DNA of 64,000 bases. Source: Planctomycetaceae bacterium (GTDB lineage Bacteria; Planctomycetota; Planctomycetia; Pirellulales; UBA1268). This document shows, piece by piece, positions 40,162 through 49,654 of the stretch. The stretch lies in assembly GCA_947459185.1 (NCBI GenBank), contig CANHCU010000002.1, forward strand, positions 21,408 through 85,407, given 5' to 3'. Below the pieces are notes generated by a model. It was given only the letters and a program-made list of their open reading frames with translations. It was not told where the DNA came from and searched no databases. The position numbers and the translations under genes were made by a program. The first letter of the stretch is position 1. The number at the start of each line of letters is the position of its first letter.

Positions 40162-40836
40162 TTACTGGCTGCCGCGGCTGGCCGAGGGGGTGAATTTCAG
40201 CAACCCCAACTCAAATCCCTTGGCTACCGCCTCGGCCCGATGGGCGCAGTGGAGTTTTTCCTTGATCGCCCCGACATGCGAGCGGGCAGTCCGCTCAGAA
40301 AATCCCAGCAGGTTGCCGATTTCGAGATTGGTAAACCCCTGTCGCAGGAGCCCGAGCACTTCGAGTTCTCGACGCGTCAGCAGGCCGGCGTTCGCCTCGC
40401 CGCCACCTGATCGGAGCCGTTTGGCGATCGGCCTGCCGCCGGCGTGCACCTCGCGGATCGCGGCCACCAGTTCGTCATAGACGACGTTTTTGGTGAGATA
40501 GCCCTGAGCCCCAGCCTCCACAGCCTGCTCCATGTCTTCTGCCGAGTCGGACGAAGTGAGCATCAGCACGCGGGCTGTGGGCGTGATCGCCTGAATCCGA
40601 CGGAGCGTTTCGAAGCCATCCATGCCGGCCATGGTCACGTCGAGCAGGCAGACATCAGGCTGCTTCTCACGCCACAGTCGCAGGGCCGACCCGCCGTCAT
40701 CAGCCTCTCCTACGATCTCGAAGTCTTTTTCGAAGCTGAGCAGGTTTGCCAATGCCGCCCGCATCACCGGATGGTCATCGACCAGCAGGAGCCGGATCAG
40801 CTTTTGGGCCGGGGTTGGCTCGAGGACGGCCTGCAT
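40162..40836 (-). CDS. NarL/LuxR family response regulator
   Basis: LLLVDDH, LLDV, GYLTK; HTH LTRRELEVLGLLRQGFTNLEIG. Confidence 0.93.
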   Translation of the reverse strand: MQAVLEPTPAQKLIRLLLVDDHPVMRAALANLLSFEKDFEIVGEADDGGSALRLWREKQPDVCLLDVTMAGMDGFETLRRIQAITPTARVLMLTSSDSAEDMEQAVEAGAQGYLTKNVVYDELVAAIREVHAGGRPIAKRLRSGGGEANAGLLTRRELEVLGLLRQGFTNLEIGNLLGFSERTARSHVGAIKEKLHCAHRAEAVAKGFELGLLKFTPSASRGSQ

Positions 40837-40936
40837 CGGTTTCACCTTCCCAATGGTGGCGACAGATCGCCTGAGGATTCCAGCGTACGACCGCGAAACT
40901 CTTTCATGCATCGTTTCTCATCCCAATCCGGTCGGC

Positions 40937-40955
40937 CACTGGCGGTTTCGGCAAC
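40937..40955 (-). promoter_or_regulatory. Candidate response-regulator operator, copy 3 (autoregulatory position)
   Basis: Minus strand GTTGCCGAAACCGCCAGTG, 16/19 identical to copy 2. Confidence 0.5.
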
Positions 40956-40983
40956 TGGTGGCCGGCGGCGGTCTGCCGGTCAA

Positions 40984-43317
40984 TCACTCCCCCACTATCT
41001 CCTGATCATACGGCAGTGCGCGGACCCGGGCGTGGATGGTTGTGCCCTGCCCGGGCCCGCTTTCGACCCGCAGGGTGCCGCCGAGCCGTTCGACTCGTTC
41101 TCGCATGCCCTGCATGCCGAAATGGCCCTGGAGAGGCCCCGCCTGAGTGCCGGGTGCGAACCCCCTTCCATCATCCCGCACCGACACGTCGATCGCATCG
41201 GCGGCCGGATCGAACGACAGCGTGACCTCGATCGTAGCTGGCTGCGCGTGCTGCAGGGCGTTGTGGACTGCCTCCTGAATCACGAGAAGCAGATTGCCGG
41301 CAACAAAATCAGAGACGGTGGTCTCCGGACCGATCATCGCCACATTGATCCGCGTCTCATAGCCTTCCTCAAGGTGGGCGGCGAGCGAGCGAACGGCCTC
41401 CGGAAGCGACTGCCCCTTGAGTGGGAAGCTCCGCAATGCCCAGACCGATTCCCTGAGTTCGCCGACCGCGTGATCGACCATCCGCCGGGCGAGCCCGAGA
41501 TGGTTGGCCGCCGGCCTGCCACCGTCTCGCCCGCTCAGTTCGCACGACTGCAACTGCATGCCGATCGCCGACATCGTCTGCAGCAGCGTGTCGTGGAGAT
41601 TGGCGGCCAGCCGATTGCGTTCCCGAATCGTGGCGTTGAACTCGACGGCGGCCTCGTGCCTGCTCTGCATTTCCGCCGCCAGACTCGCCACCGTCTTCGA
41701 CACGCGACGGCGCAGCAGCCACACCCAGCCGAGCGATCCGGCAAGGACGCCGATCGTTGCCGCCAGTGCGCCGACCAGGCGTTGCGGCGTCCACCACGAG
41801 GGCCGCGTCAGCACCCGCACGTCGGCCACCGACCGCACAAACAGATCTATCCGCTCGACGGCCGGCAGCAGCCAGATCGGACGAGAGCCCTGCTCCGGCT
41901 TCAGGTCCACCTGCACGATGCCGGTGATCTGCAGATCGCTGCCCGGTTCGAGTGTTTTCAGCAGTTCGAAAGTGCTTCCATGCAGTGCGGCATTGACCGT
42001 TGATTTTCCACTGGAGATGAGCAGAACGCCCCCCATGACGCCGCGGCGGACCTCCACGAGGCGGCCATTGAAGGTGACCAGGCAGCCGTCGTAATCGCCG
42101 GGCGCTGCGATGAGGCCATTCCGCAAGGCCTTGGCATTGACGGCCACAATCTCGTCGGGCGAGATAGACGCCGGCTGGGGCGGAACGCCGCTGCCGATGC
42201 GTTGAACGACGGCCTCGACCAGCCCAGCGGCCTGCGAAACCCCCACCTGCACCCGTCGGCGGTCGATGAACCCCGCCACCTCAACGAGTTCGCCCGGTTG
42301 CAGCAGTTCATCGGATGGGGTCTCCACCCGCACGCCGAACGCCCCGTCTTGAAGATAGAAAAACTCGCCGGGCTGGGCATGGGTCACGACCCCCTCCGTC
42401 CGCACGCGGTGGCCGCTGGGGGGATCCCGCTGGAAGCGGGCCAAGCGTGCCACTGGCAGCTTGGGCGACGCAAACGCCGACGCCCGCGGCTGTTCGATCA
42501 CGTCGATGTCGGCGGCGCTGCCGACAAGCAGCATGAGCGACACAAACTCGCCGCGGGTGGTGAACCGCGCCGCCGTCACGCCCCGCAGTCGCATGCTGCC
42601 GTCGACGAGATGGGCGGGATCTGGCTGGAGCATGGTGTCGGGCACGGTGACCAGCCAGCGATGGCCGTCTGTCTCCATGACGAGAATCCACCGACGGGAT
42701 GCCTTACGAAATCCCTGCAAGATCCCTTCGATCTCGATCCTCTGGCAGTTGTCGGCGCCGTTGAATATCCGGTCCATCACCGCCGGCGTCGCTTCGGGAA
42801 GCGACAGTTCCTCGGAGACGACGGCCACGGATTGCGGAATCATCATCGGAGAGAAGACGTCACGATCGACGAGCCCCTCGACCTCGACGAGCATGCCGGG
42901 CACCAGGCCCGCGAGCACCTCCTCGTCTCCCCGCCATACGCCCCGCTCCCGGGCCACCTTGACGTTCACCCAGATGCCCGACGAGTCGTCCTGCACGACG
43001 CAGTGGTGACCATCGGCGGGCCGGGGGGACATCCAGGTGAGCCTGCCCCGGATTCGCGAGGCCGCAGGCATGCTGCCCGGCAGTCTAGGCTCGCCGCCCG
43101 CGGCCGAGTCTTCAGCGGTGGCATTGCCGTACCGCAGCGTGGCGATGCTTGAGACGCCGGCGTCCTCGCACCGGACGGGAGCGGCAAGCCACAACGTACA
43201 AACAAGACTCAACAGACAAACTCGCACGCGTGCATGCTCCCCACGAAGGCTCTTGATCGCAGGATAGACCCTCTCGCGGCAGGCGGCAAATTGTGGCAGG
43301 CCACCCGTTGACCTCAT
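40984..43317 (-). CDS. Membrane sensor histidine kinase (HisKA_3) with large extracytoplasmic repeat region
   Basis: ERNRLAANLHDTLLQ, QEAVHNALQHA, DDGRGF, HFGMQGMRER, GQGT. Start codon uncertain. Confidence 0.9.
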   Translation of the reverse strand: MRSTGGLPQFAACRERVYPAIKSLRGEHARVRVCLLSLVCTLWLAAPVRCEDAGVSSIATLRYGNATAEDSAAGGEPRLPGSMPAASRIRGRLTWMSPRPADGHHCVVQDDSSGIWVNVKVARERGVWRGDEEVLAGLVPGMLVEVEGLVDRDVFSPMMIPQSVAVVSEELSLPEATPAVMDRIFNGADNCQRIEIEGILQGFRKASRRWILVMETDGHRWLVTVPDTMLQPDPAHLVDGSMRLRGVTAARFTTRGEFVSLMLLVGSAADIDVIEQPRASAFASPKLPVARLARFQRDPPSGHRVRTEGVVTHAQPGEFFYLQDGAFGVRVETPSDELLQPGELVEVAGFIDRRRVQVGVSQAAGLVEAVVQRIGSGVPPQPASISPDEIVAVNAKALRNGLIAAPGDYDGCLVTFNGRLVEVRRGVMGGVLLISSGKSTVNAALHGSTFELLKTLEPGSDLQITGIVQVDLKPEQGSRPIWLLPAVERIDLFVRSVADVRVLTRPSWWTPQRLVGALAATIGVLAGSLGWVWLLRRRVSKTVASLAAEMQSRHEAAVEFNATIRERNRLAANLHDTLLQTMSAIGMQLQSCELSGRDGGRPAANHLGLARRMVDHAVGELRESVWALRSFPLKGQSLPEAVRSLAAHLEEGYETRINVAMIGPETTVSDFVAGNLLLVIQEAVHNALQHAQPATIEVTLSFDPAADAIDVSVRDDGRGFAPGTQAGPLQGHFGMQGMRERVERLGGTLRVESGPGQGTTIHARVRALPYDQEIVGE

Positions 43318-44660
43318 CCCGGCGGCGCATCTCCCTTGAGCCGCCGTCTGATCTCGGCGAGCCGCTCGGAAAGATCCCGCTCGAAGCCGCGGTCGGTCGG
43401 CTCGTAATACCGTTTTTCCACCCCCAGATATTCGCCAAGGTAGTCCTGCGCCGCGATGCCTTCGGGCGCATCGTGCGAATACGCGTAGCCCTGGCCGTGA
43501 CCAAGCTGCTTGGCACCGGCATAGTGCTTGTCCTGGAGATGACGCGGCACCGGAATCACCGCCTGCTCACGAACATCGCGGCGGGCCGCGCCGATCGCCG
43601 TCGTGCAGGCATTGCTCTTGGGAGCGAGTGCCAGATAGGTGACCGCCTGCGACAGCGAGAGCTGACATTCGGGCAGCCCCACAAACTCCGTCGCCTGCAT
43701 CGCCGCCACGGCAATCATGAGGGCCCGAGGATCGGCGTTGCCGATGTCCTCGCTGGCCAGAATCACGAGACGCCGCGCGAGAAACCGCACGTCCTCGCCC
43801 CCCTCCAGCATCCGCGCGAGCCAGTAGAGCCCCGCATCAGCGTCGCTGCCCCGGATGCTTTTGATAAGGGCGCTGGCACAGTCGTAGTGGGTGTCGCCCG
43901 AGTCATATGTGATCGCCTTTCGCTGGACACTCTCCCGGGCGAGTTCCACCGTGAAGGCGAGCGGCCGCTGCGGACTCGAGAGCACGCCGATCTCGAGGGC
44001 ACCGAGCGCCCGCCGCGCGTCGCCGTCGGACGTCTCCACGAGCAGGGCGACCGCCTCCGGCGTGAGATCGATTCGGTCGTTGCCCAGACCATGCTCGCGG
44101 TCGGCCACCGCCCGCCTGAGGATGTCTGCGATGTCGTCCCGCGACAGGGCCTCCAGTTCGAAGATACGACTGCGGCTCACGAGGGCACTCGTCAGCGCGA
44201 AGAAGGGATTCTGCGTGGTCGCCCCGATCAGCGCAATCACGCCGTTCTCCACGTCGGGCAGGAGCACGTCCTGCTGTGCCTTCGAATAGCGGTGGATCTC
44301 ATCAACGAAGAGGCAGGTCTTCTGGCCATCGTCTTCGAGCCGTCGCCGGGCCGCTTCGAGCACATCGCGGACATCCTTCACGCCCGAGGCCGTCGCGGAA
44401 AGCTCCACAAACCGTCGCTTCGTCTCGCGGGCGATGATTTCGGCGAGCGTCGTCTTCCCGACGCCGGGAGGCCCGTAAAGAATCACCGACCCCAACCGGT
44501 CAGCCTCGATGAGCCGCCGAAGGAGCGTGCCGGGTCCCACCACCTTGGCCTGCCCGACATAGTCGGCCAGCCGCCGCGGCCGCATCCGCGCAGCCAGCGG
44601 CGCGGCCCGAGCAACATTGGCGGCCCGCGAAGCAGAGAAGAGATCGGGAGCCGGCATCAC
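43314..44660 (-). CDS. rarA: Replication-associated recombination protein RarA/MgsA
   Basis: PLAARMRP, GPPGVGKTT, DEIHRY, SALIKSIRGSD, ASEDIGNADP. Confidence 0.95.
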   Translation of the reverse strand: MMPAPDLFSASRAANVARAAPLAARMRPRRLADYVGQAKVVGPGTLLRRLIEADRLGSVILYGPPGVGKTTLAEIIARETKRRFVELSATASGVKDVRDVLEAARRRLEDDGQKTCLFVDEIHRYSKAQQDVLLPDVENGVIALIGATTQNPFFALTSALVSRSRIFELEALSRDDIADILRRAVADREHGLGNDRIDLTPEAVALLVETSDGDARRALGALEIGVLSSPQRPLAFTVELARESVQRKAITYDSGDTHYDCASALIKSIRGSDADAGLYWLARMLEGGEDVRFLARRLVILASEDIGNADPRALMIAVAAMQATEFVGLPECQLSLSQAVTYLALAPKSNACTTAIGAARRDVREQAVIPVPRHLQDKHYAGAKQLGHGQGYAYSHDAPEGIAAQDYLGEYLGVEKRYYEPTDRGFERDLSERLAEIRRRLKGDAPPG

Positions 44661-45070
44661 GCACCCAGCCAGACGAACTCGATCGCCGCATCGATCTCAG
44701 AGGATAGGCTTTTGTGCACAGGACACGTGTGGGCCGCCTGCTCGAGCAAGGGCCGCTGCGGGTGATCGGGCGGCAGCGGGATCGTGAGCGTGGTTCGCAG
44801 GCTGGCGATCCGCCGCGGGAGGTCCTTGCTCATCTCCTTCACGGTTTCGGCCTTCATGCCGACGAGATTGAGACCATGCCGCTCTGCCGCGATACCCATG
44901 ATCGTCATCATGCAGGAGCCGAGCGCTGTGGCGACCAGATCGGTGGGTGAAAAGCTCTCCCCCTTGCCATGGTTATCCACCGGCGCGTCGGTAATGAGCG
45001 TGGTGCCGGACGGACCGTGTGTGGCACGGCACCGCAGCCCGCCTTCGTAGGTACTCGTGAGACTGACCAT
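44657..45070 (-). CDS. OsmC family protein
   Basis: TDAPVDNHGKGESFSPTDLVATALGSC and CPVHKSL. Confidence 0.9.
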   Translation of the reverse strand: MVSLTSTYEGGLRCRATHGPSGTTLITDAPVDNHGKGESFSPTDLVATALGSCMMTIMGIAAERHGLNLVGMKAETVKEMSKDLPRRIASLRTTLTIPLPPDHPQRPLLEQAAHTCPVHKSLSSEIDAAIEFVWLGA

Positions 45071-45108
45071 AGAATGACTGCTCCTGAGGAAAGGGATGTC
45101 GCAACAGT

Positions 45109-46887
45109 TTACCGCGCGGTCCCGTCGGGCAGTTGCTGGCTGCGGATCACGATCGTCCGCAGGTACGGCGGTCGCCACCACGCGGTGAACGTAAACCGCG
45201 GGAAGCCGCCGCTGGCGCCCGGTGTGATCTCCCGCTCATCGACCACCATGAAGTCGGGACGCAGGGTGGGAAAATTTTTGCGGAACTTCGGGTCTGGGTA
45301 GTCATACGGCACGTCGGCTCGATAGGCATCGACGGGCACCTGAATACGCGGGTCGTTGATGAAGCCAGCCCGCTCGACCTGTTCCCAGCCGTCGACCACC
45401 CACTTCGAGGTGATCCGCTCTCGGGGCACTCCCTTCTGTTGCAGCAGCGCGATCGCGTCCAGCCTCGTCCGCGTGTCGGCGAATTCGTCGTGCAGGATCG
45501 CGATGCCGCGCAGCGCAAAAAAGGCGACCAGCAGCCAGCCCAGCATCGAGCGGCGGTCAGCGGCGGCACCCGAGTGCGCGGTCGGCAACGAGCGGGTGCA
45601 GGAGAGGAGCCCGCAGGTCAGCGCCGGCAGGAACGGGAGATAGTAGCGGGGGAAAATGCCGTCGGTGGTCTGCGAGACAAGCAACAGGGAAGCGCCGTAG
45701 GGCACGAGGTAGGCCAGTGGCAGGATGACCGCGGGCGGCAGTCGCCTCGCAGCCGCGGGCAGTGAACGGGCACGACCCGTCGCCACGGTCGCGGCCACGG
45801 CCACCGCGACGGTCACTCCCAGCACACCGCAGCGGATGAGGCCCACGCCCGCATCATGCAGAGCATGCCCGGTCGGTCTCCAACTGCCAGCGAGCAGGCC
45901 CAGCGGTCCTTCAAGCGACTGAGTCAGGGTTCCCGCCAGCACCCCCGCCATCGCGAGGGCCGTCACGCCCGCCGTGATGCGACCCCACCGCGTTCGCAGG
46001 CCGGTGGACACGTGCTCCACGATCCAGGGCAGGCAGAAGAGCATGGCCGGCAGCACCTTGAGCGCACATTCAGTGGCCACGGTCACCGCCTCCCGGGCAA
46101 TCGACGCAAGCCCGAAATGAGCGACGGCTTCGAGCGTGGGGAGTTTGGTGGGAATCGCATACGGTTGCTGACTGAACCATCGGGTGCCGACAACCAGCGC
46201 CACCATGCCGATCACCCCGCAGAGCAACGAGGCCAGTCGAAAAACCCGGCGATCGGAACGGTTCAGGCCGCCGAACCGCCACAGGCAGAGCACGGCCGCA
46301 CAGGCGATCGGTGCAAACCAGACCGGCTGCCGGATCGTACCTCCGAGCACGCCAAAGAGTGTGCCGATCGCCAGCCATGCCAACGCCCACCACGGCACGA
46401 CGTGACTGCTCCGTGCTCGTGAATCCTCGGCAGCATCGGCCGCCCGCGTGAAGCCATAGAGGCAGGCCAGCAGAAAGAAGAACCCCGGAATATCGGTCAT
46501 GAACGTCGGCGCCAGCGGCAGAAAGAGCGTGCTCAGGCCCGTCAGGAGCGCAGCGAACAGGCTGTCAGCGGGCGAGAGGCTCGCGCGGCGGGCGATGAGA
46601 TACACAAGCGCCACCGCCCCGAGCGCAAGTGGCCACACGCTCAGCCGAACGAGCGTGAAAGAGAATCCAAAGAGCCAGATCCACGCCGCCCCCCACCACA
46701 CCTGGATGCCGAGCATCGCGGTCGGCCAGCCGTTGTAGGCGAATCGGCCCGTCTCCGCGAGCGATTTAGCCATGTGGATGTAGGAGAAGTCATCGATGTA
46801 GCCGCCTTCGGCGAACGGCCAGGCGACGAGGATCGCCAAGAGGGTGACCAGCACGCAGAGCAGCAGGTTTCGGGTATCAACGCTCAT
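45109..46887 (-). CDS. Polytopic membrane GT-C (family 39/83-like) glycosyltransferase
   Basis: DDFSY in the first loop, FMTDIP, IRQ, PRYYLP; many TM helices. Confidence 0.7.
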   Translation of the reverse strand: MSVDTRNLLLCVLVTLLAILVAWPFAEGGYIDDFSYIHMAKSLAETGRFAYNGWPTAMLGIQVWWGAAWIWLFGFSFTLVRLSVWPLALGAVALVYLIARRASLSPADSLFAALLTGLSTLFLPLAPTFMTDIPGFFFLLACLYGFTRAADAAEDSRARSSHVVPWWALAWLAIGTLFGVLGGTIRQPVWFAPIACAAVLCLWRFGGLNRSDRRVFRLASLLCGVIGMVALVVGTRWFSQQPYAIPTKLPTLEAVAHFGLASIAREAVTVATECALKVLPAMLFCLPWIVEHVSTGLRTRWGRITAGVTALAMAGVLAGTLTQSLEGPLGLLAGSWRPTGHALHDAGVGLIRCGVLGVTVAVAVAATVATGRARSLPAAARRLPPAVILPLAYLVPYGASLLLVSQTTDGIFPRYYLPFLPALTCGLLSCTRSLPTAHSGAAADRRSMLGWLLVAFFALRGIAILHDEFADTRTRLDAIALLQQKGVPRERITSKWVVDGWEQVERAGFINDPRIQVPVDAYRADVPYDYPDPKFRKNFPTLRPDFMVVDEREITPGASGGFPRFTFTAWWRPPYLRTIVIRSQQLPDGTAR

Positions 46888-46946
46888 CGGACAGGCTCGC
46901 CGAGCACCATCTCTATTCCTCAAAGGCCCCCGATACTACCCAGTTT

Positions 46947-46965
46947 TGGTGGCTGTCACCTTTTT
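46947..46965. repeat. Solo family-2 REP-like arm
   Basis: TGGTGGCTGTCACCTTTTT, one mismatch from the arm starting at 22929. Confidence 0.6.
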
Positions 46966-47000
46966 CTGGGGACGGACTACCATGGTGGGAAGAAAACCTC

Positions 47001-48911
47001 ATGGGATTCCGCTCACTCCAGGCCTGTGCCGCCGCCCTCCGCCGCGAGCGGGAACTCGTCGAGATTGCGCATCCGGTCGATCCCCACCTGGAGATTGCCG
47101 AGATTCAGCGGCGGCTGTTTCGCGTTGGAGGCCCGGCCGTCCTCTTCACGAACCCGCGGGGCTCGGCCTTCCCGATCCTCATCAATCTCTATGGCACGAA
47201 GCGTCGGATCGAGCGGATCTTCGCCGACTCGCTCGATCGCGTGAAGCGGCTGGTCGAACTCAAGATCGATCCCACCCAGGCACTGGCCCGGCCCTGGCGA
47301 TACTGGCGAAGCCCGATCGACGCCCTCTCGATGCTGCCCAGGCGGGTGCGGTCGGGGCCTGTGATCGCGCATGAGATTCCGCTCTCACGCCTGCCGCAGG
47401 TGACGAGTTGGCCCGGAGACGGCGGTCCCTTCATCACCCTGCCGGCCGTCTACACCGAGGATCCACGGCACGCTGGAACGCGGCGGGCACTCGTGAAGTC
47501 GAACCTCGGTATGTACCGCGTGCAGCTCGCGGGTAACGACTACGAGACCGACCGCGAGGTCGGTCTCCACTATCAGTTGCACCGTGGCATCGGCCTGCAT
47601 CATGCCGCGGCGCTTGAGCGGAAAGAACCGCTGAGGGTGGCGATCTTTGTCGGCGGCTCGCCTGCGCTTGCCGTCTCAGCCGTGATGCCGCTGCCCGAGG
47701 GACTCTCCGAACTGACATTCGCGGGCGTGCTGGCTGGCCACCGACTGCCGATGATCACCCGCGGCCACAGTCCGGCGATCTATGCCGACGCCGACTTCGT
47801 GATCGAGGGCACGATCTCGACCGGAGCCACCAAGCCGGAGGGACCGTTTGGCGACCATCTGGGCTACTACGCGCGGCGGCACGACTTTCCCGTGATGCGG
47901 GTCGAGCATGTCTGGCATCGCGAAGGCGCAATCTGGCCGATGACCGTCGTCGGCCGCCCCCCGCAGGAAGACACGCTCTTTGGCTGGCTCGTGCACGAAC
48001 TCACCGGCCCCGTCATTCCCACCGTGCTGCCGGGCGTGTCGAGCGTGCACGCGGTTGACGCCTCCGGGGTCCACCCCCTGCTCCTGGCAGTCGGCAGCGA
48101 ACGCTACATGCCCTGGAAGCGGTCGGGCCGGCCCGCCGAACTGCTCACACAGGCCTCGGCAATCCTTGGCCAGGGACAACTCTCACTGGCCAAGTATCTC
48201 TTCATCGTAAACGGTGGCGATGCCCCTGGCCTCGACGCCCACGACGTGGCCCCCTTCCTCGCGATCCTGCTCGAGCGGGTGGACTGGCGACGCGACTGCC
48301 ACTTCCACACCGAAACCACGATCGACACCCTCGATTACTCCGGCAGCGGCTTCAACGCCGGCTCCAAACTCGTGGTCGCGGCCCGCGGCCCAGCCGTTCG
48401 CACACTGCCTCGCGAACTCGCAGCCGGCATCTCGCTGCCCGATGGCTTCCGCAATCCACGGGTCTGCCTGCCTGGCGTCGTGGCGGTCGAGGGGCCGCGG
48501 ATCGAGCCACGGCCGAGGCTTGAGTCACCGAACGATGACAGCATCTGGGCGACGGCCACGACCGCGCCGTGGTCGGCCGACATCGAACGGCTGACGGCGG
48601 CGATGTCTTCCGACCATCCGCTGCGGTCCTGGCCGCTGGTCGTGGTCGTCGATGACAGCGACTTCGCCGCCGCGAGCCTGGAAAACTTCCTCTGGCTGAC
48701 GTTCACACGGTCAAACCCCGCGGCCGACGTGCATGGCGTTGATGCGGCAGTGCACCAGAAGCACTGGGGCTGCCGTGGGCCGCTCGTGATCGACGCCCGG
48801 CTCAAGCCGCATCACGCCCCGCCGGTCGAAGAGGAACCGGCCGTGTCAGCCCGCGTTGACGATCTCTGCCGCCGCGGTGGCCCGCTGGCCGAGATACTCG
48901 GCCGGGCGTGA
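47001..48911 (+). CDS. UbiD family (prFMN-dependent) decarboxylase, long form
   Basis: NLGMYRVQ, PEGPFGDHLGYY, VGRPPQED, DTLDYSG. Confidence 0.92.
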   Translation: MGFRSLQACAAALRRERELVEIAHPVDPHLEIAEIQRRLFRVGGPAVLFTNPRGSAFPILINLYGTKRRIERIFADSLDRVKRLVELKIDPTQALARPWRYWRSPIDALSMLPRRVRSGPVIAHEIPLSRLPQVTSWPGDGGPFITLPAVYTEDPRHAGTRRALVKSNLGMYRVQLAGNDYETDREVGLHYQLHRGIGLHHAAALERKEPLRVAIFVGGSPALAVSAVMPLPEGLSELTFAGVLAGHRLPMITRGHSPAIYADADFVIEGTISTGATKPEGPFGDHLGYYARRHDFPVMRVEHVWHREGAIWPMTVVGRPPQEDTLFGWLVHELTGPVIPTVLPGVSSVHAVDASGVHPLLLAVGSERYMPWKRSGRPAELLTQASAILGQGQLSLAKYLFIVNGGDAPGLDAHDVAPFLAILLERVDWRRDCHFHTETTIDTLDYSGSGFNAGSKLVVAARGPAVRTLPRELAAGISLPDGFRNPRVCLPGVVAVEGPRIEPRPRLESPNDDSIWATATTAPWSADIERLTAAMSSDHPLRSWPLVVVVDDSDFAAASLENFLWLTFTRSNPAADVHGVDAAVHQKHWGCRGPLVIDARLKPHHAPPVEEEPAVSARVDDLCRRGGPLAEILGRA

Positions 48912-48964
48912 ACACCTGTCCGCAGTGGCGAATCGTGAAGGACGAGACCGAAGGAGTTCGACCC

Positions 48965-49031
48965 GTGGCCACGAGTTTTTAACTTGTGGAATCCGCTCCC
49001 GGACACGGACAAGTTGAAAACGTGCCGCCAC
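48965..49031. repeat. Family-3 REPIN-like inverted repeat
   Basis: GTGGCCACGAGTTTTTAACTTGT ... ACAAGTTGAAAACGTGCCGCCAC. Confidence 0.55.
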
Positions 49032-49096
49032 GAGGAGGAACACCCAGCGCCAGGCCCGGAGGGCCGGGTCAGAACCAGCCGACGGAGGTCGGCCAA

Positions 49097-49126
49097 GGCA
49101 AGGTCGGCACGATGCCGAGCCTTGCC
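49097..49126. terminator. Strong hairpin between convergent ubiD-like gene and rplU
   Basis: GGCAAGG-TCGGCA-cga-TGCCGA-g-CCTTGCC; no clear U-tract. Confidence 0.4.
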
Positions 49127-49137
49127 ATGAAGCGGCC

Positions 49138-49512
49138 TCAACCGATCGATGCGATCCGAACCGTCGTCGAGATCGAGCGATGGCCGGTGCGACGACGGTA
49201 ATTCTTGCGGCGAGCGAACTTCTGAACGTAAATTTTCTTGCCCTGCACGACCCCAACCACTTCGGCCTTCACTTTCGCACCCTTCACGACCGGCGCGCCG
49301 AGCGTCAACACGCCCGCCTTGCTCACCGCCAGAACCTCGTCGAACACCACCTCGCTGCCGGCCGGCAGGTGGCGGAAGTCGATGTCGAGCACCTCGCCCT
49401 CGCTGACACGATACTGCCGACCGCCATCGACAACGATGGCGTAGTGGTAGCCGGTGCCCGCCATGGTGGATGCGGACGTCGAGGAATCGCTGGTCGATGC
49501 AGACTTGGCCAT
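49138..49512 (-). CDS. rplU: 50S ribosomal protein L21 (alternative start at 49464)
   Basis: YAIVVDGGRQYRVSEG, GKKIYVQKFARRKNYRRRTGHR. Confidence 0.93.
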   Translation of the reverse strand: MAKSASTSDSSTSASTMAGTGYHYAIVVDGGRQYRVSEGEVLDIDFRHLPAGSEVVFDEVLAVSKAGVLTLGAPVVKGAKVKAEVVGVVQGKKIYVQKFARRKNYRRRTGHRSISTTVRIASIG

Positions 49513-49654
49513 GGTGGTCACCGCTGTGAAAGGACGTTGGGGAAAAGACGGGAAGGAAAACAGTCAACGCGACCCAAAACGGGCTTTTTTTACGAGCCTC
49601 TCAGCGTAGCAATGGACCGGCCCCGGGTCGAGTGGGGCTCGAAAACATGGGTTT

